Assembly (NCBI GenBank): GCA_043816965.1
Contig: JBDRHK010000026.1
Location: 1 to 24,635 of the forward strand
Direction: 5' to 3'
DNA length: 24,635 bases
DNA from: Candidatus Iainarchaeum sp.
GTDB taxonomy: Archaea > Iainarchaeota > Iainarchaeia > Iainarchaeales > JAFCCJ01
The notes beneath the pieces were generated by a model. That model made no database searches. It was not told the origin of the DNA and saw nothing but the letters and a program-made list of their open reading frames with translations. Shown piece after piece: positions 24,287 to 24,635 of the stretch. Every line of letters begins with the position of its first letter. The first letter of the stretch is position 1. Position numbers and translations under genes: made by a program.

Positions 24287-24635
24287 TTATTTCAGGAATT
24301 CCTTGATTTTCTTCTCGAATTCCTTCATCTCTTCCTGTTCGTAATTTCCCTGGCCCCAGTGCTTCAGCCCGTCATCCTCGAAACGGGGAATTATGTGCAT
24401 GTGCGCGTGCGGCACCAATTGCCCTGAAACTTTGAAATTGTTCATCCCAAGGTTAAATCCCTGCGCGTCTGTGCCTTTCATCACTGCCCCTGAAACTTTC
24501 TGGATTGTTTTAATCCATGCGTCCAATTCCTTTTCAGGAATATCAAGCAAAGTTTCATAATGCCCTTTCGGAATCACTAATGCATGCCCCTTATTAACGG
24601 GCATAATATCCAGAAAAGCAAGAGTCAATTCATCC
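24287..24635 (-). CDS. HIT family hydrolase (5' end outside the window)
   Basis: AFLDIMPVNKGHALVIPK, SGQLVPHAHMHIIPR (HxHxH). Frame is open to the window edge. Confidence 0.95.
   Translation of the reverse strand, partial: DELTLAFLDIMPVNKGHALVIPKGHYETLLDIPEKELDAWIKTIQKVSGAVMKGTDAQGFNLGMNNFKVSGQLVPHAHMHIIPRFEDDGLKHWGQGNYEQEEMKEFEKKIKEFLK

Noticed and set aside
24287..24292. TTATTT shared after both tRNA-Leu ends as proof of a recombination site
   Set aside because: Here it is also the HIT stop codon and last Lys codon, and T-rich tRNA trailers are common. It may be coincidence, so it was not used as independent evidence.

Overview
Archaeal chromosome segment, most likely from a DPANN lineage such as Iainarchaeota/Diapherotrites. 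This is inferred from archaeal-type AlaRS and ArgRS, an intron-containing tRNA, BRE/TATA promoters with leaderless starts, GGAGGTG ribosome-binding sites and several bacterial-type enzymes. The housekeeping core is alaS, an NAD-sugar epimerase, leuS and class I gap. There is also a RelA/SpoT homologue with a degenerate synthetase domain, and an argF-argG-argH-argS cluster with a divergent ACT-domain regulator and tRNA-Arg(UCU). Other genes encode a radical SAM enzyme, an SPFH protein, AlkD, a PEP-utilising mobile-domain protein and a HIT protein. The most unusual region is 22947-24286. It holds an orphan tRNA 3' fragment, a ~150-nt rod-like hairpin that sequesters the RBS of two coupled micro-ORFs, and a free-standing two-motif LAGLIDADG endonuclease whose last 11 codons and stop lie inside tRNA-Leu(GAG). 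The left end has two orphan genes sharing a conserved 58-bp promoter block and possibly the start of a transposase. All calls come from reading motifs by eye; no searches or folding programs were run.
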